From: Atractiella rhizophila
Taxonomy: Eukaryota
Direction of reading: 5' to 3'
NCBI GenBank assembly: GCA_021432655.1
Contig: MU271424.1
Span: forward strand, 47,198 to 67,197
Length of the DNA stretch: 20,000 nt
Made by a program: the position numbers and the translations under genes. The notes beneath the pieces are model-generated. The model was not told the origin of the DNA. It was given only the letters and a program-made list of their open reading frames with translations, and ran no database searches. This document shows, in pieces, positions 1 to 10,383 of the stretch (position 1 is its first letter; each line of letters begins with the position of its first letter).

Positions 1-46
1 CGAGAAGGCGTTGGACCTACAGTAGCTCCCAGATAACAGAGCTTAG

Positions 47-409
47 AGTTCGAGGGAACGGAAGCGACAAGGTGTTTGGGCACTTGCACACAATGAAAAC
101 CAAACCCAACCAACAACCACCGCCGTCATCGTCATTGCCAATTCAATCCAATTCAGTCCGGCTATCGCCCGGCCTGGGCAGATCGAAGAGAAGCGTCATG
201 CTTCACCGTACGCGGTATCATCTCAGTTACACTTGGAACTTGTTCGCCTCGTCTCTCCCCGCCATCGACACATCTGCGGACAAAGTTGACTCTTGTGTCT
301 GAACCCTGCTCTAATGATCACTATCAGCGGTAAGTTCAACGATGTCCAGGCAATTCGTCCTTCGGCTGTGAATTGGAGCCAATCATTTGTCGACCTCGTG
401 CCTTCATAA
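47..409 (+). CDS. Probable 3' end of a gene entering from the left (unknown product); candidate exons 47-207 and 328-409
   Basis: Acceptor-like ATAAC...TTAG ends at 46, donor GTACGC at 208, branch/acceptor CTAAT...ATCAG ends at 327. The spliced frame is open to TAA 407-409. No recognisable motif, and the frame is ambiguous. Confidence 0.3.
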
Positions 410-645
410 CTTGCACATTCTCTGTCATTGAGTAGCGAACCTCTTTATTGCAAGACAACATTCTGTCATCATTCGTATCATCGTTTTGTGTATCATTGAG
501 CTATCAGGCTATCTCTCATTAAGCACAGCGCCAATCAGAAGTAAGTGCATGCCGAAAAGCAAGGTGCGCAGTTTGCTCAGCTGAGGCATTTCTACGATGA
601 GTGCCTACAACGCCTTGCGAGGATCGGAATGAGTTAGATCTTTTA

Positions 646-869
646 AGGAATGTGGACCCTCAATCTGTCATGGATGGGCACATCAAGCTGCTCCACTAGA
701 ATACAATGAATGTGGGTGAGATATTTTCGCCCTTTTGACGCGCTGGCCAGCTGTCGAGCTTTTGAATCGAGAGGATGCTGCCCAGATCCTTATCGGAAAA
801 TTGGCGAACTTGGAAAGGTGCAGTATGAAGGAGTGGTACGACAAACTTGGAATGGATCCCGACGATTGA
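646..869 (+). pseudogene. SWI5: Swi5/Sae3-family DNA-repair/meiotic recombination factor, frame-disrupted as sequenced
   Basis: NVDPQSVMDGHIKLLH (to 696), then EYNE in another frame (699-710), an intron-like GTGGGT at 712 to CCAG at 750, then DAAQILIGKLANLERCSMKEWYDKLGMDPDD* (TGA 867-869). This matches the Swi5 signature HIxLLHxYNExKDxxQxLIGxLA. In-frame TAG at 697-699. 5' end unresolved. Confidence 0.65.
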
Positions 870-891
870 TCGTGGTTCATTTCTGCTAATA

Positions 892-1899
892 TCATGACGA
901 TGGATTACGATCGCAACGCGTCAATTTCCATCCATGCACTACTTCTCGGATCTCCTTCTCCTTCCTCCATTTTTCATCATCCTCCGGGAATGCGACTCCC
1001 CTCTTCTCTTCAATCACTCGTGTTACGTCCCATCCCGCTTCTTCGGCTAGTTTAAGGAAATTTAAATCTTGCTGCACAAGATGCGGCCGATGATGGGAGA
1101 AGAAACAGAGAACTCCGCTTTCTGAATGGGACAGGGAATCTAGCGACGCAAGAAGTGCTTGGTGCTGTACACTTTGTTATTCATCCGTCCAGGACGTGAG
1201 AGCGGAAGGACCTGCCTGGCTGTGATTAAAAACCAAGTCCGACAATAACAAGAGATCGAACGAAGTAGCGGGAAAGTCCCGGGGTGGCCGTCCCCAAACA
1301 AACCCCTGCTCATTCCAGTTATCAAGACCGTCGTTTCTAAAGCGGTCACCGTACCTTCGCTACTATTCTCCTTTTCTCTTCAGGAGAAAGATTTCCTTCA
1401 ATGTTCTCTTCTAAATTCTTGATCAGAGGAGCATCTGGATAATCCGTCACTATGACCTAGTTAAACTGTCCGTATCATGATTAATACGTGCAAAAAGAAC
1501 ACGAACCAACCCTGCCCCTTCTTTACAAGCGATCAGGCTAGGCAAACCACCTCCGGCTCCAAATTCAATGACCTTTTTGTTCCTCACAAGCTCGGGATTT
1601 GATTCGAGATATCGAGCAAGCGAAATCGATGCAGGATAGAGAACGTGACCTAATACTGAATAAGTTGAATTTCATCTCTCTGCTTCAAGGGACTCGCCCC
1701 AAAGTGGATGGGCGGATGGAAGAGATATTGTCAACTCTTGGCCGTTGGAGCACTGATAGCGCACGGGCGTCGGCCGCGGAGCCTGTAGAACTGGATTAGA
1801 GGTTTCTTGGATTCGTAAGAGCTCAGGTAGATACAGTACCTCTGGCTCAGGGGAAGGAGATCCTCCAAAAATGTTGTGCACTTCGATTTCGTCTTCCAT
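892..1899 (-). CDS. EFM7: Class I SAM-dependent protein N-terminal/lysine methyltransferase EFM7 (NNT1) family, ~250 aa; exons 1899-1840, 1782-1698, 1649-1507, 1456-1355, 1305-1216, 1164-892
   Basis: Spliced product contains HPLWGHVLYPAS, motif I VIEFGAGGGLPSL, VIVTDYPD, GFVWG, LLLSDLVFNHSQH and FFSHHRP. Exons total 753 nt with consistent phases. Confidence 0.9.
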
Positions 1900-2209
1900 T
1901 TGTGTTTCCGTGTTTCCGTGTCCAACAAAGTTTACAAAGAAGGTTTCTATGTGTGGCGAGAAGAGAAGATAAGCAATCGACGAAGACATGACGTCCACAT
2001 CCATTTTCATTTTGCCATTCAGCCATTCAGCTCTTTTGATGAGACTCGACGTGGTCAGCGATGTAGTGCTTCCAGAAAATCATCGCACGAGCATTGCACC
2101 AAATCCCACTCCGCAACTTCCAGCCATACCTTGTGTGTGTGTGACTGCTCGAAAGGTTGAATACACGTAGTTGAAGCTCTACTCACTGTGTCGCGTGATT
2201 CCGAACAAA
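1900..2209. promoter_or_regulatory. Likely compact bidirectional promoter between divergent EFM7 and the YbjQ-like gene
   Basis: Start codons at 1899 (-) and 2210 (+) face apart, 310 bp between them. Positional inference only. Confidence 0.4.
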
Positions 2210-3031
2210 ATGTAAGCCGCACGCCACAATATCAAATCTTTACTGACGCTTTTGTGAGCATATAGGCCTTTACTCTCAGCCAGAACTTACGTTGCGGATG
2301 CACCAGCTTTACGTCGCCGGTACTCTGCATCTGAACTCTCATCGGCTCCAGCAACATCTTACTACAGGGACCACGGAACATCTCATCGAATTAACCAGCT
2401 GGAACAACAAAAGGATATCCTTGAGCATGCGATCAAGTTGGAAAAACTTGAAATAGAGAGGAGAGAGGAGCTTCAAAGGGAGAGGATGAAGCAGTGGGAA
2501 AAAGAGAGGAATTTCGAGAGGAAGAGAACTCAGCTTCAGAGGCAAAGAAGCTCATCTCACGGAAGCTACGGTGCGTACACTTTCTCTGGCCATGCCAATT
2601 GGTTTATGTGTTTTCTATCAGGCTCTGGCCTAGACTACCCATATAACTACTACGTGTCGCCTTCTTCGACGTATTCCCAATCAAGTTCTTCTCGAATGCG
2701 GCGTCCTTCTATGCCTTCTCTACCTTCTTCTGAGCTTGTAGCACGCTCGCGCTCGTCAAGGTATTCGTTGTCCAATCAGCTTTCTGGTTTTCACCTTTCC
2801 TCTCGAACCAATGTACCTGCTGGCTATCGTCTTTCCGCCAATCTAGGACAGGTTCGAACGGGCATGGAAGATTCATTATACAGCCCGGATGAGGCGAGGC
2901 AAATTCTTCTCGAGAAACTCGCGAGAGTCGGAAGGGAGAGAGGAGCAAATGGAATCATTGGAGTTCGCGTTGGACGTGTCGGACGAGAGATATGGGCGAC
3001 GGGCGACGCAGTTGTGTTCGGGAGATATTGA
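2210..3031 (+). CDS. Protein with a charged coiled-coil/Ser-rich N-terminus and a C-terminal YbjQ/UPF0145-like (putative heavy-metal-binding) domain; exons 2210-2211, 2266-2570, 2622-3031
   Basis: C-terminus TNVPAGYRLSANLGQV...DEARQILLEKLARVGRERGANGIIGVRV...IWATGDAVVF resembles the YbjQ consensus (G.V...AREEAL..L...A..LGANAVVGV....GTAV). Introns 2212-2265 (GTAAGC..TACTGAC..TAG) and 2571-2621 (GTGCGT..CAG). Confidence 0.7.
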
Positions 3032-3506
3032 GACGCCATATTTCACTTAATTCAAATCTTTACATTGTTCGTACTGTTGAGGAAGTCTGAAGTACGCACG
3101 GTTGTCCATCGTCATCAGTTTTGGCCGCCACTTTGTAAATATCCTGTTGCATTGTTGTAAATATTAATATTCGGTTCTCTTTCCATGCACATCCACATGC
3201 TGATTGCTTCGTAAATGAGGTTCATTTTTAAGTACCGCGGCTAACCCGTGGTTTCTTACCCTTTGTATTCAGCTGTTGCAGCAAGTTGAGCCATGAATCA
3301 AACCGGAATCAGATTTTCTTCAGACTTTGCCACTTCAGAGTGCTCAAATTTGCTGCCGTCGTTGTTGAATGAAAACGAGTATTCCGCACTTCCCATTGAA
3401 TGACTTGGTGTAAGCTTTCTCTGGCTTGAAAGTGAAAGAACTGTCCAAGCCTCGAATAAGGAACGATCAGTATAAGTAGGGACGTTCAGTGATAGTCTAG
3501 CGAATA

Positions 3507-3830
3507 AAGAAGACAGTTAAATGCCAGCTCTGGGGCGACGGTGCGCTCCTCCTTTCGCCACCTGCGCACTTAGTCGCCTGTTTCGTTTTGTGGAATCTGC
3601 GATAGGGATCAAAGCGGACAAGGGCAACATCGTCATCAACCCAAACCGAACGATTGCGAATGGACCTATTGCGAATCAGTATGACCTTCCAGCCTTTATA
3701 GTGCCAATGAAAAATGCCTGGAATGTGTGATTTCCGCCGTCTTAAGACCGTGACCGTTTCTTCCCCTCATGCACAACCACCAGCTTCAGCTTCCAGTAGG
3801 CATTGGTACACTTGTGTGTGAGGTGAGTAC
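3507..3830 (+). pseudogene. Degenerate third copy of the neighbouring C2H2 zinc-finger gene family
   Basis: KKTVKC (3507) vs KKTVRC in paralog A. Phase-1 intron 3541-3605 sits at the paralogs' position. IKADKGNIVINPNR vs VEADKKNIVTNPNR. The ANENAWN motif has an extra A (gccaatgaaaaatgcctggaat), followed by a TGA at 3728-3730. Most of exon 3 is missing. Confidence 0.75.
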
Positions 3831-4736
3831 ACAGTATTTCATTCATTTCGGCCCTTTCCTTTCGAGCTCGATGTACCTTTCCATTCTAAAACACTCTTCT
3901 CTGCTTTGCCCACCATCTTCTCTCTCCGCTTACTAGCCACTTCGCTTTCATTTAGGGCCGCATCAACAGCCTTCGCTTTCCTTATCCATTCGTGAACTCT
4001 TTAATTGTTTTAGGTGCACTTACTTCATTTCCTTCCATGTCTCTATGCTATGATATCTTATACTATGTGAATTATGTTCTAGAACCCGTATTTCGAGCTG
4101 ACAATCCAACATGTTAGGCACTTGACCCTGTTTGAGCCAAACACCTAAATGATTTAAGGTTCAAATCAACCAACAGCCCCTCCTAACTAAGCCTTCAATA
4201 CGACCAAATAAGACGTGAAAGATGAAATAGAACAGGGAAGATGGTCACGGAGAAAGGAATTTCCAGCGAAAAGGAGCAACTTGAAGCCCTGGAGAAGAAG
4301 GACGACAGCACAGAAAGTGCTGGCTGTGCTGCAAGAAACGAAGGAGCAGTTTAACCACTTGAAGTATTTTACTCTTCTGTTTCTCACGACTCTGCACAAG
4401 TTTTCTTCATTGTCATGGTTCTCTGCTCCCTTTCCGCCTGCCTATCCGCTGAACTGCCCCTTGTTATCTCTCACTTCAGCATAATATGCTCTTTCTGGTG
4501 AGATTGCGCATGCACATGATATGATAAACCGTGGACACGTGGAAGAACGCTGTAGCATTCCTGAGGAAAAATTAGGAGACGGATCTGCTGACGGAAACCA
4601 CATCTGTCAGCGGCGATTGATGTGATGGATCACCATTTGGTCGCAGGCTGATTGTTATTTCTGGGAAAGTCTTCCAACGCCGAAGTACAGTGAGTGGATT
4701 CTTTCGAGACACATTTAACTCAATGGTTTAGCTGCT

Positions 4737-5820
4737 ATGCCCTATTGTTGCCGTCGATTCTTTGTCAGCCATGGCGACCTATGGAAGCATTTGGCAATGT
4801 CTCGCAACCATAATTGGTGTTCTGGTGCGTCTTTCGGCTCAGTTGCGCATTCCCATCACTTGGAAGACGGCCTGACAATGTCTGTCGGATAGAATGCAAT
4901 GAGGATTTCAATACCTCATTCGACCTTCGCGAGCACAAGCTGAACTCCAACAGGCATGCACTTTGTGGAATTTGCGATATAGAGTTCGACAATCACGACG
5001 ACTTAGAATATCACCAAAATGTGGAACATCCGGTTCATTGCGGCATCATATTCTCTTCTCCAGATGCGTACGATGATCACTGCGAAAACCAACATGTGTA
5101 TTGTCGACAGTGCCAAAGGTTTTTCTCGAATCACGACAATCTCAAAAGTGTGAGTAACGATTCTGGCCTAAGACTTAATTGATATTTCTGTGCAGCACCT
5201 TAGATCATTCATTCATACGAAGAAGACTGTGCGCTGCCTAATGGCTGGTTGTGGTGCCGTTTTCGTTTCCCATGCAGCGCTGGTGTTGCACCTTGAAGCT
5301 GGGGCTTGCGCTAGTGGCATAACAAGGCCAAAGGTTGACCGGTGTAAGGGCTTCCTCTCTCGCGTTCTCACACGAATCTGAATTGACGTATCATTTCAAG
5401 TCATCGTCGAAGCGGATAAGAAGAACATCGTCACTAACCCAAACCGAAAGATCTCGACGATTGGAAACAAAAAGAGTTCTCTAGCCTCCTATCTTGCGAA
5501 CGAAAATGCCTGGAACGGACGGGCATACGAATGTTACCTCTGTTATCGGGAGTTTTACAGGTCCGTCCAGTCTCTGACCATTCTATGCATCCTCATCCTG
5601 AGTCGATCAACTTGTCCATTAAAGTCTCCAGCCCTTGCGCGCACATCTAGCCTCTCCTCGTCATGCGGACAAGATTTATCGCTGCTTGGAGTGCAAGAAA
5701 GGGTTTACCGCTCTCTCAGGTCTTTGGCAACATGTTGAGAATGGGAATTGTGGCGTCCAGAGTGCCACGAAGCAGGCCATGGCACAACTCCTTGATAGTA
5801 TCCAACGAATGGTCTTATGA
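4737..5820 (+). CDS. Multi-C2H2 zinc-finger protein, paralog A, ~282 aa; exons 4737-4824, 4893-5149, 5196-5343, 5401-5560, 5625-5820
   Basis: Repeated CxxC-F-L-H-H units, plus HLEAGAC, AWNGRAYECYLC, HLASPRH and SGLWQHVE motifs. Canonical introns; 849 nt in frame. Confidence 0.85.
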
Positions 5821-6293
5821 ATTGCGTATTTTACCACTTCTCCGACATCAATCTTGGAAACAAAATAGTTATGGCGTCTCTCGACCACGATCTCCCAACG
5901 CTTCCAAGCACAGCATTAGATCTCACTTCTTATTCCGATCGCTGTTCTGCGAAGCATAATGTTGGACTTATAGAGAGCCAGTTAGTTCAGGTTCTTTCCG
6001 TCGTTATCCTGCATTGTAGTTATTTCCACATGAAACGAACAGACACTCCGCCTTGGTGATGTGGCTGTTTCGTGGGCCATTCTTCCCAGTCTAATTTAAC
6101 AAGCTAGCATAAATGGGAGTTGTCTTGACAGGACAGCCCAGGTGGTACCGTATTATACCGAGCCGCTCGAGATCGACAAACAAATTGGAGTCTCTGTTAT
6201 TTAACAAGTTGTTTCTCCTTCAGTTGGAACGCGTCGCTCACGTCCGTGGAGCAGACCTTAAATACAGCAGTCCAGACGGATGGCCTATCAAAC

Positions 6294-7396
6294 ATGGCGT
6301 ACTGCTCGCAATGCGACCGTTACTTCGTCCACTCCGACGCACTACAACAGCATGTTTCAAACTCTCAAAACCACGTAACATTGTTCTATTGCAGTGACTG
6401 TGATCGGGAATTTAGCTCTCATCATGCATTGCAGCAACATCTGTCTAGTGCTCGTGTTCACACTGACGCTCACTGCTCTGACTGCAACCGCTACTTTTCT
6501 AGTCAAGACGGCCTCGAACAGCATTTGTCAACTTCACACAAACATATTCAATATCCCTGGTGCGACGGTATGTGTTCATCTAGCTCACGGTCATCTTTTG
6601 TTCATTCTTGTTCAAGTGTGTAATCGAGCATTTTCGACTTATGAAGCTCTCCGTGCACACGAAACCTCCTCCAAGAAGCACAATTATTGTGGTGATTGTG
6701 ACAAAGTGTTCCAGACACGGGACCAACTTAACACTGTAAGCTCTCTTGCGAAATGTAACCTCGTAAACTCAGGTTGGAAGCCTTCAGCATCTTCGCTCGT
6801 CAATTCACAATTCCAGAGACATTGAATGTCCAATGACGAAGTGTTCTGCCCGCTTTGTTACTCATTCTGCGCTCGTCCTACATCTAGAATCTGGGTCGTG
6901 CACCAGTGGCTTAAACAGGGCAATGATCGATACCTGTTCGTCATGAGGTTCTTCTTCTTCCACAGCGATTTGTCTGAGTAGAGGAGTAGATGTAATGCGA
7001 GTGGACAGAACTCATGTTATAACGAATCCTCGCCGCATGATCGCAGGGTCAACTCTTCTCTCCCCTCCGACCTTCCAGGCAAATGAATACTCATGGAATG
7101 GCGACGCGTATGAGTGCTACTTATGCCACTCAGAATTCAGGACGTAAGCTGTTCAGTCAATTAAGAGCGACTGCCCATTCATCTTCACGCACAGTCTTAC
7201 ATCCCTAAATCAGCATTTGGCATCACCACGCCATGCAGACGAAAATTATTCTTGCCCTGCATGCAAGAAAGACTTCACGACGCTTTCCGGCCTTTGGCAA
7301 CATTGCGAAGCCGAGAAATGTGGAGTCCAGAGGTTCAGCAAAGCTAGGAAGATGATGGAGCAGCTACTAGAGGGAACGAGGAGGCTTACGATATAA
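6294..7396 (+). CDS. Multi-C2H2 zinc-finger protein, paralog B, ~298 aa; exons 6294-6567, 6617-6735, 6788-6935, 6990-7143, 7195-7396
   Basis: Three tandem YCSxCxRxF...LxQH fingers in exon 1, plus HLESGSC, SWNGDAYECYLC, HLASPRH and SGLWQHCE. Intron phases match paralog A; 897 nt in frame. Confidence 0.87.
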
Positions 7397-7591
7397 GACT
7401 AAGATTTCTGTACTGAGTTACTGAGTTCTCGCTTGTTTGCCACAGGATCCCGATTCAATTTTGGGGTAATTAGGTAATTGCACTGAAATGCAAGAGTTGA
7501 GATGCGTATATACACCACCATGAATAAGTTATATATTAGCTCTAGAGCAAAGGATTAAGTCTTGTACCCGAGACCTTGTCTAAGTGTTAGA

Positions 7592-10383
7592 TTACTTTTT
7601 CGATCCTCCAGCCCTAAACTTCTTGTAGTCTTCCATCATTTCCTTCTGCACTGATGCCATCACAGGATCGTGTTTCAGGTATTCCATTGTGAACTCTCCC
7701 TTTCCTTGCGTCTGACCCCTCAGAAAAGCGGAATCTAAAATTTAATCGTCAATATGCAATGTAAAAGGCACAGGCAAGGGACGCACAACCAAACATATCG
7801 TTCAAGCTCACTTCAGCGGTTAGAGTGAACTCGTCCTCCCCAATCTCTGTGTCTAAAATGTTTCCTCTTCTGGAGTTGATACCGCCAATTACATCACCTA
7901 TCAATGATGGAAAGTTAATATGTTAAACTTGTGTGAGGGGAAAAAGCACGCACCCTGGAACTCGATTGGCGCGATAACCTCTACGCGCATGATTGGTTCA
8001 AGGATGACGGGACTGGCCTGATTGTAGACTTCACGGAATGCACCAGCAGCGGCAGCACGGAAAGCCCATTCTGAAGAATCCACGATATGATGGAGACCGT
8101 CTTGCATCACCATTCGACACATCGTCACGGGGTATCCAGCGAGACCTCCGCGGGTAAGGGCGTCTTGGAATCCCTGTTGTCCGCTCAGACAGGCCTGAAG
8201 GAGATATTAACCTTTTCACATCCAGGTATGTATTCGAAAGGAATGTTGCCAGATGTGACATGATTCCAGAACTCGTGGTCCTTATCATCCACCCTCTCTT
8301 CTAGAGGTTCGATTCGTCCAATGACCCTTGCGAATTGTCCTCTTCCACCAGTCTGCTTCTTATGGGTATAATTGAACTCTGCCGCCTCCGTGATCGCCTC
8401 CTTATAGGCGACCCTGGGACGTCCAGAGACAGTTTCGACGTTATATTCTCGCTTCATCCGCTCGATATAGATCTCGAGATGCAGCTCACCCATTCCGCTG
8501 ATAATCGTCTCTTGACTATCGGGATCGACGTGGACGCGGAAAGTTGGGTCTTCGCGCTGGAAGCGCTGCAGGGCTTTGCTGAAATGAGGTGTTTCTTGGC
8601 CCCTTGGCCGGATGGCTAGGGAAACGACGGGGTCGGGGACAAACATCGAGCTCTGTGGGATGCATGCGTCTCTCGTTAACGGGTTCTGCATGAAAGAAGG
8701 GGAAGTAGAGACGAACCATGGTCAGCTCACTCCCGTTGCTAGCTGTTGTAAGGGTATCTCCAGACGCGCACTCAACGCCAAAGATTGCCGCAATCTCTCC
8801 AGCACCAACCTGATCTACTTCCTCCATCTCTTCACTATGCATTCTCACCAACTTTGGAACCTTGGTCTTTTTCCCAGTCCTCACGTTTACCACAATCGTG
8901 CCCTTGGTCAACACACCCTGATATATCCTCACGTAAGTGAGTTGTCCAAACCGGGACTCTTCCAATTTGAACGCCAATGCAAGAAGAGGCCCAGTGGCGG
9001 TGGGAACGAGAGGGACAGAAACGCTAGTTTGTTGCGGCTTCGGGACTGTGAGTGCGTTTGACGAGACTTCGTAAGGAGCAGGAAGGTAAGAACAGACTCC
9101 GTCAAGGAGCGGTTGGACAGCCAAATTAGATAGCGCTGATCCCATGAAGACTGGTGTGAACCGACGAGAGATGGTAGCGCGTCGAATGGCCGACTGTTCA
9201 CAACATCAAAACATCACAAATGCTCGCCGACGAAAATGGGAACGAACAGCAAGATCCTCGTTAGTTATTGGTTCTTCGGCAATGAATTTATCTCCCAATT
9301 CCTCGTCTGCATCAGCAACGCACTCGACGAGCTCCGCTCGATATTTATCCACCGTCTCCTTCAGGTTTTCTGGAATTTCCTCACTTCTCAGTAGCTCAAT
9401 CCTATTCGAGAAGCAAATCCAGTCAGCTTAAAGAAATAAAAAGTAACGAACGACAAACCCCTTGGTCCCTCCGTTTCTGTAACACACGCCCCAAACCAAA
9501 TCCACCACTCCTTCAAACGTGTCTTCACTCCCAATTGGCACCTGTGCGAGCGCTGCATTCAGCTTAAGTTTGTTCCGTAGCTGTCCAAGGACTTTGAAGG
9601 GATTTGCGCCAGGCCTACATTCCGAAGCAACCGGGCCCATAAGTATGCTTGGAAGTGAAGAAGGGAACAGGACTCACCGATCCATTTTGTTGACGAAACA
9701 TAACCGTGGAATATCATATCGCTTCATTTGGCGGTCAACGGTGATTGTTTGACTTTGAACTCCAGATACGGCGCAGAGCACGAGTACTGCGCCATCCAAG
9801 ACTCGAAGAGCTCGTTCGACCTCAATCGTGAAGTCGACGTGGCCTATTCGCGCACTTCGTCAGCACTCAGGTTTTGAACGGAACTCGAATGAAATGTACC
9901 AGGAGTGTCAATGATATTGAACCAATGTTTGTTACCCTTCACCCCGTCCACCTTTGCGCCATCTCCCTTGATATCCCATTCGCAAAAAGTCGCCGCCGAC
10001 TTAATGGTGATACCTTTCTCCCTCTCCAACTCCATGCTATCCATCTTCGCTCCTACTTCATCCTTCCCCCTCACCTCATGAATTGAAGCTATCCTTCCAG
10101 TATAATAAAGCACACGCTCTGTCAAAGTTGTCTTTCCAGAGTCGATATGTGCACTAATACCCAAATTCCGTAAAGGAGCGAGACGCGCATAGTCTGCCGT
10201 ATTTAGACTACGCTCTGTCAAAGTTGTCTTTCCAGAGTCGATATGTGCACTAATACCCAAATTCCGTAAAGGAGCGAGACGCGCATAGTCTGCCGTATTT
10301 AGACTGAGCGTGGATGGTGCGGAAGTCGAGGCATAGCGCCGAAAGGACTGCCCTAAACGGGGGAGCAGGCGTAGGGGCAGCAT
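7592..10383 (-). CDS. MEF1: Mitochondrial translation elongation factor G1, 783 aa as sequenced (751 without the duplication); exons 10383-9900, 9843-9678, 9614-9459, 9401-9248, 9193-8717, 8652-8212, 8173-7954, 7897-7787, 7734-7592
   Basis: Arg/Leu/Ser-rich presequence; G1 [74 protein letters not shown]. Exons total 2352 nt in frame. Confidence 0.96.
10114..10305. repeat. Perfect tandem duplication, 2 x 96 bp (10114-10209 and 10210-10305), inside MEF1 exon 1
   Basis: The two copies are identical base for base. The protein shows [32 protein letters not shown] twice. Confidence 0.97.

Noticed and set aside
208..327. snoRNA in the 120-nt candidate intron
   Set aside because: No C box (RUGAUGA) or convincing H/ACA architecture found.
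1988..2170. 60-aa ORF as first exon of the YbjQ-like gene
   Set aside because: The split ATG at 2210 with a strong GTAAGC donor explains the gene better; this ORF has no recognisable features.
3876..4484. Charged exon-like fragments (minus 3876-3999; plus 4215-4484)
   Set aside because: No start-to-stop spliced model or motif could be built; possibly relics, but unsupported.
8335..9752. Plus-strand ORFs of 77-149 aa
   Set aside because: Antisense shadows of MEF1 exons.
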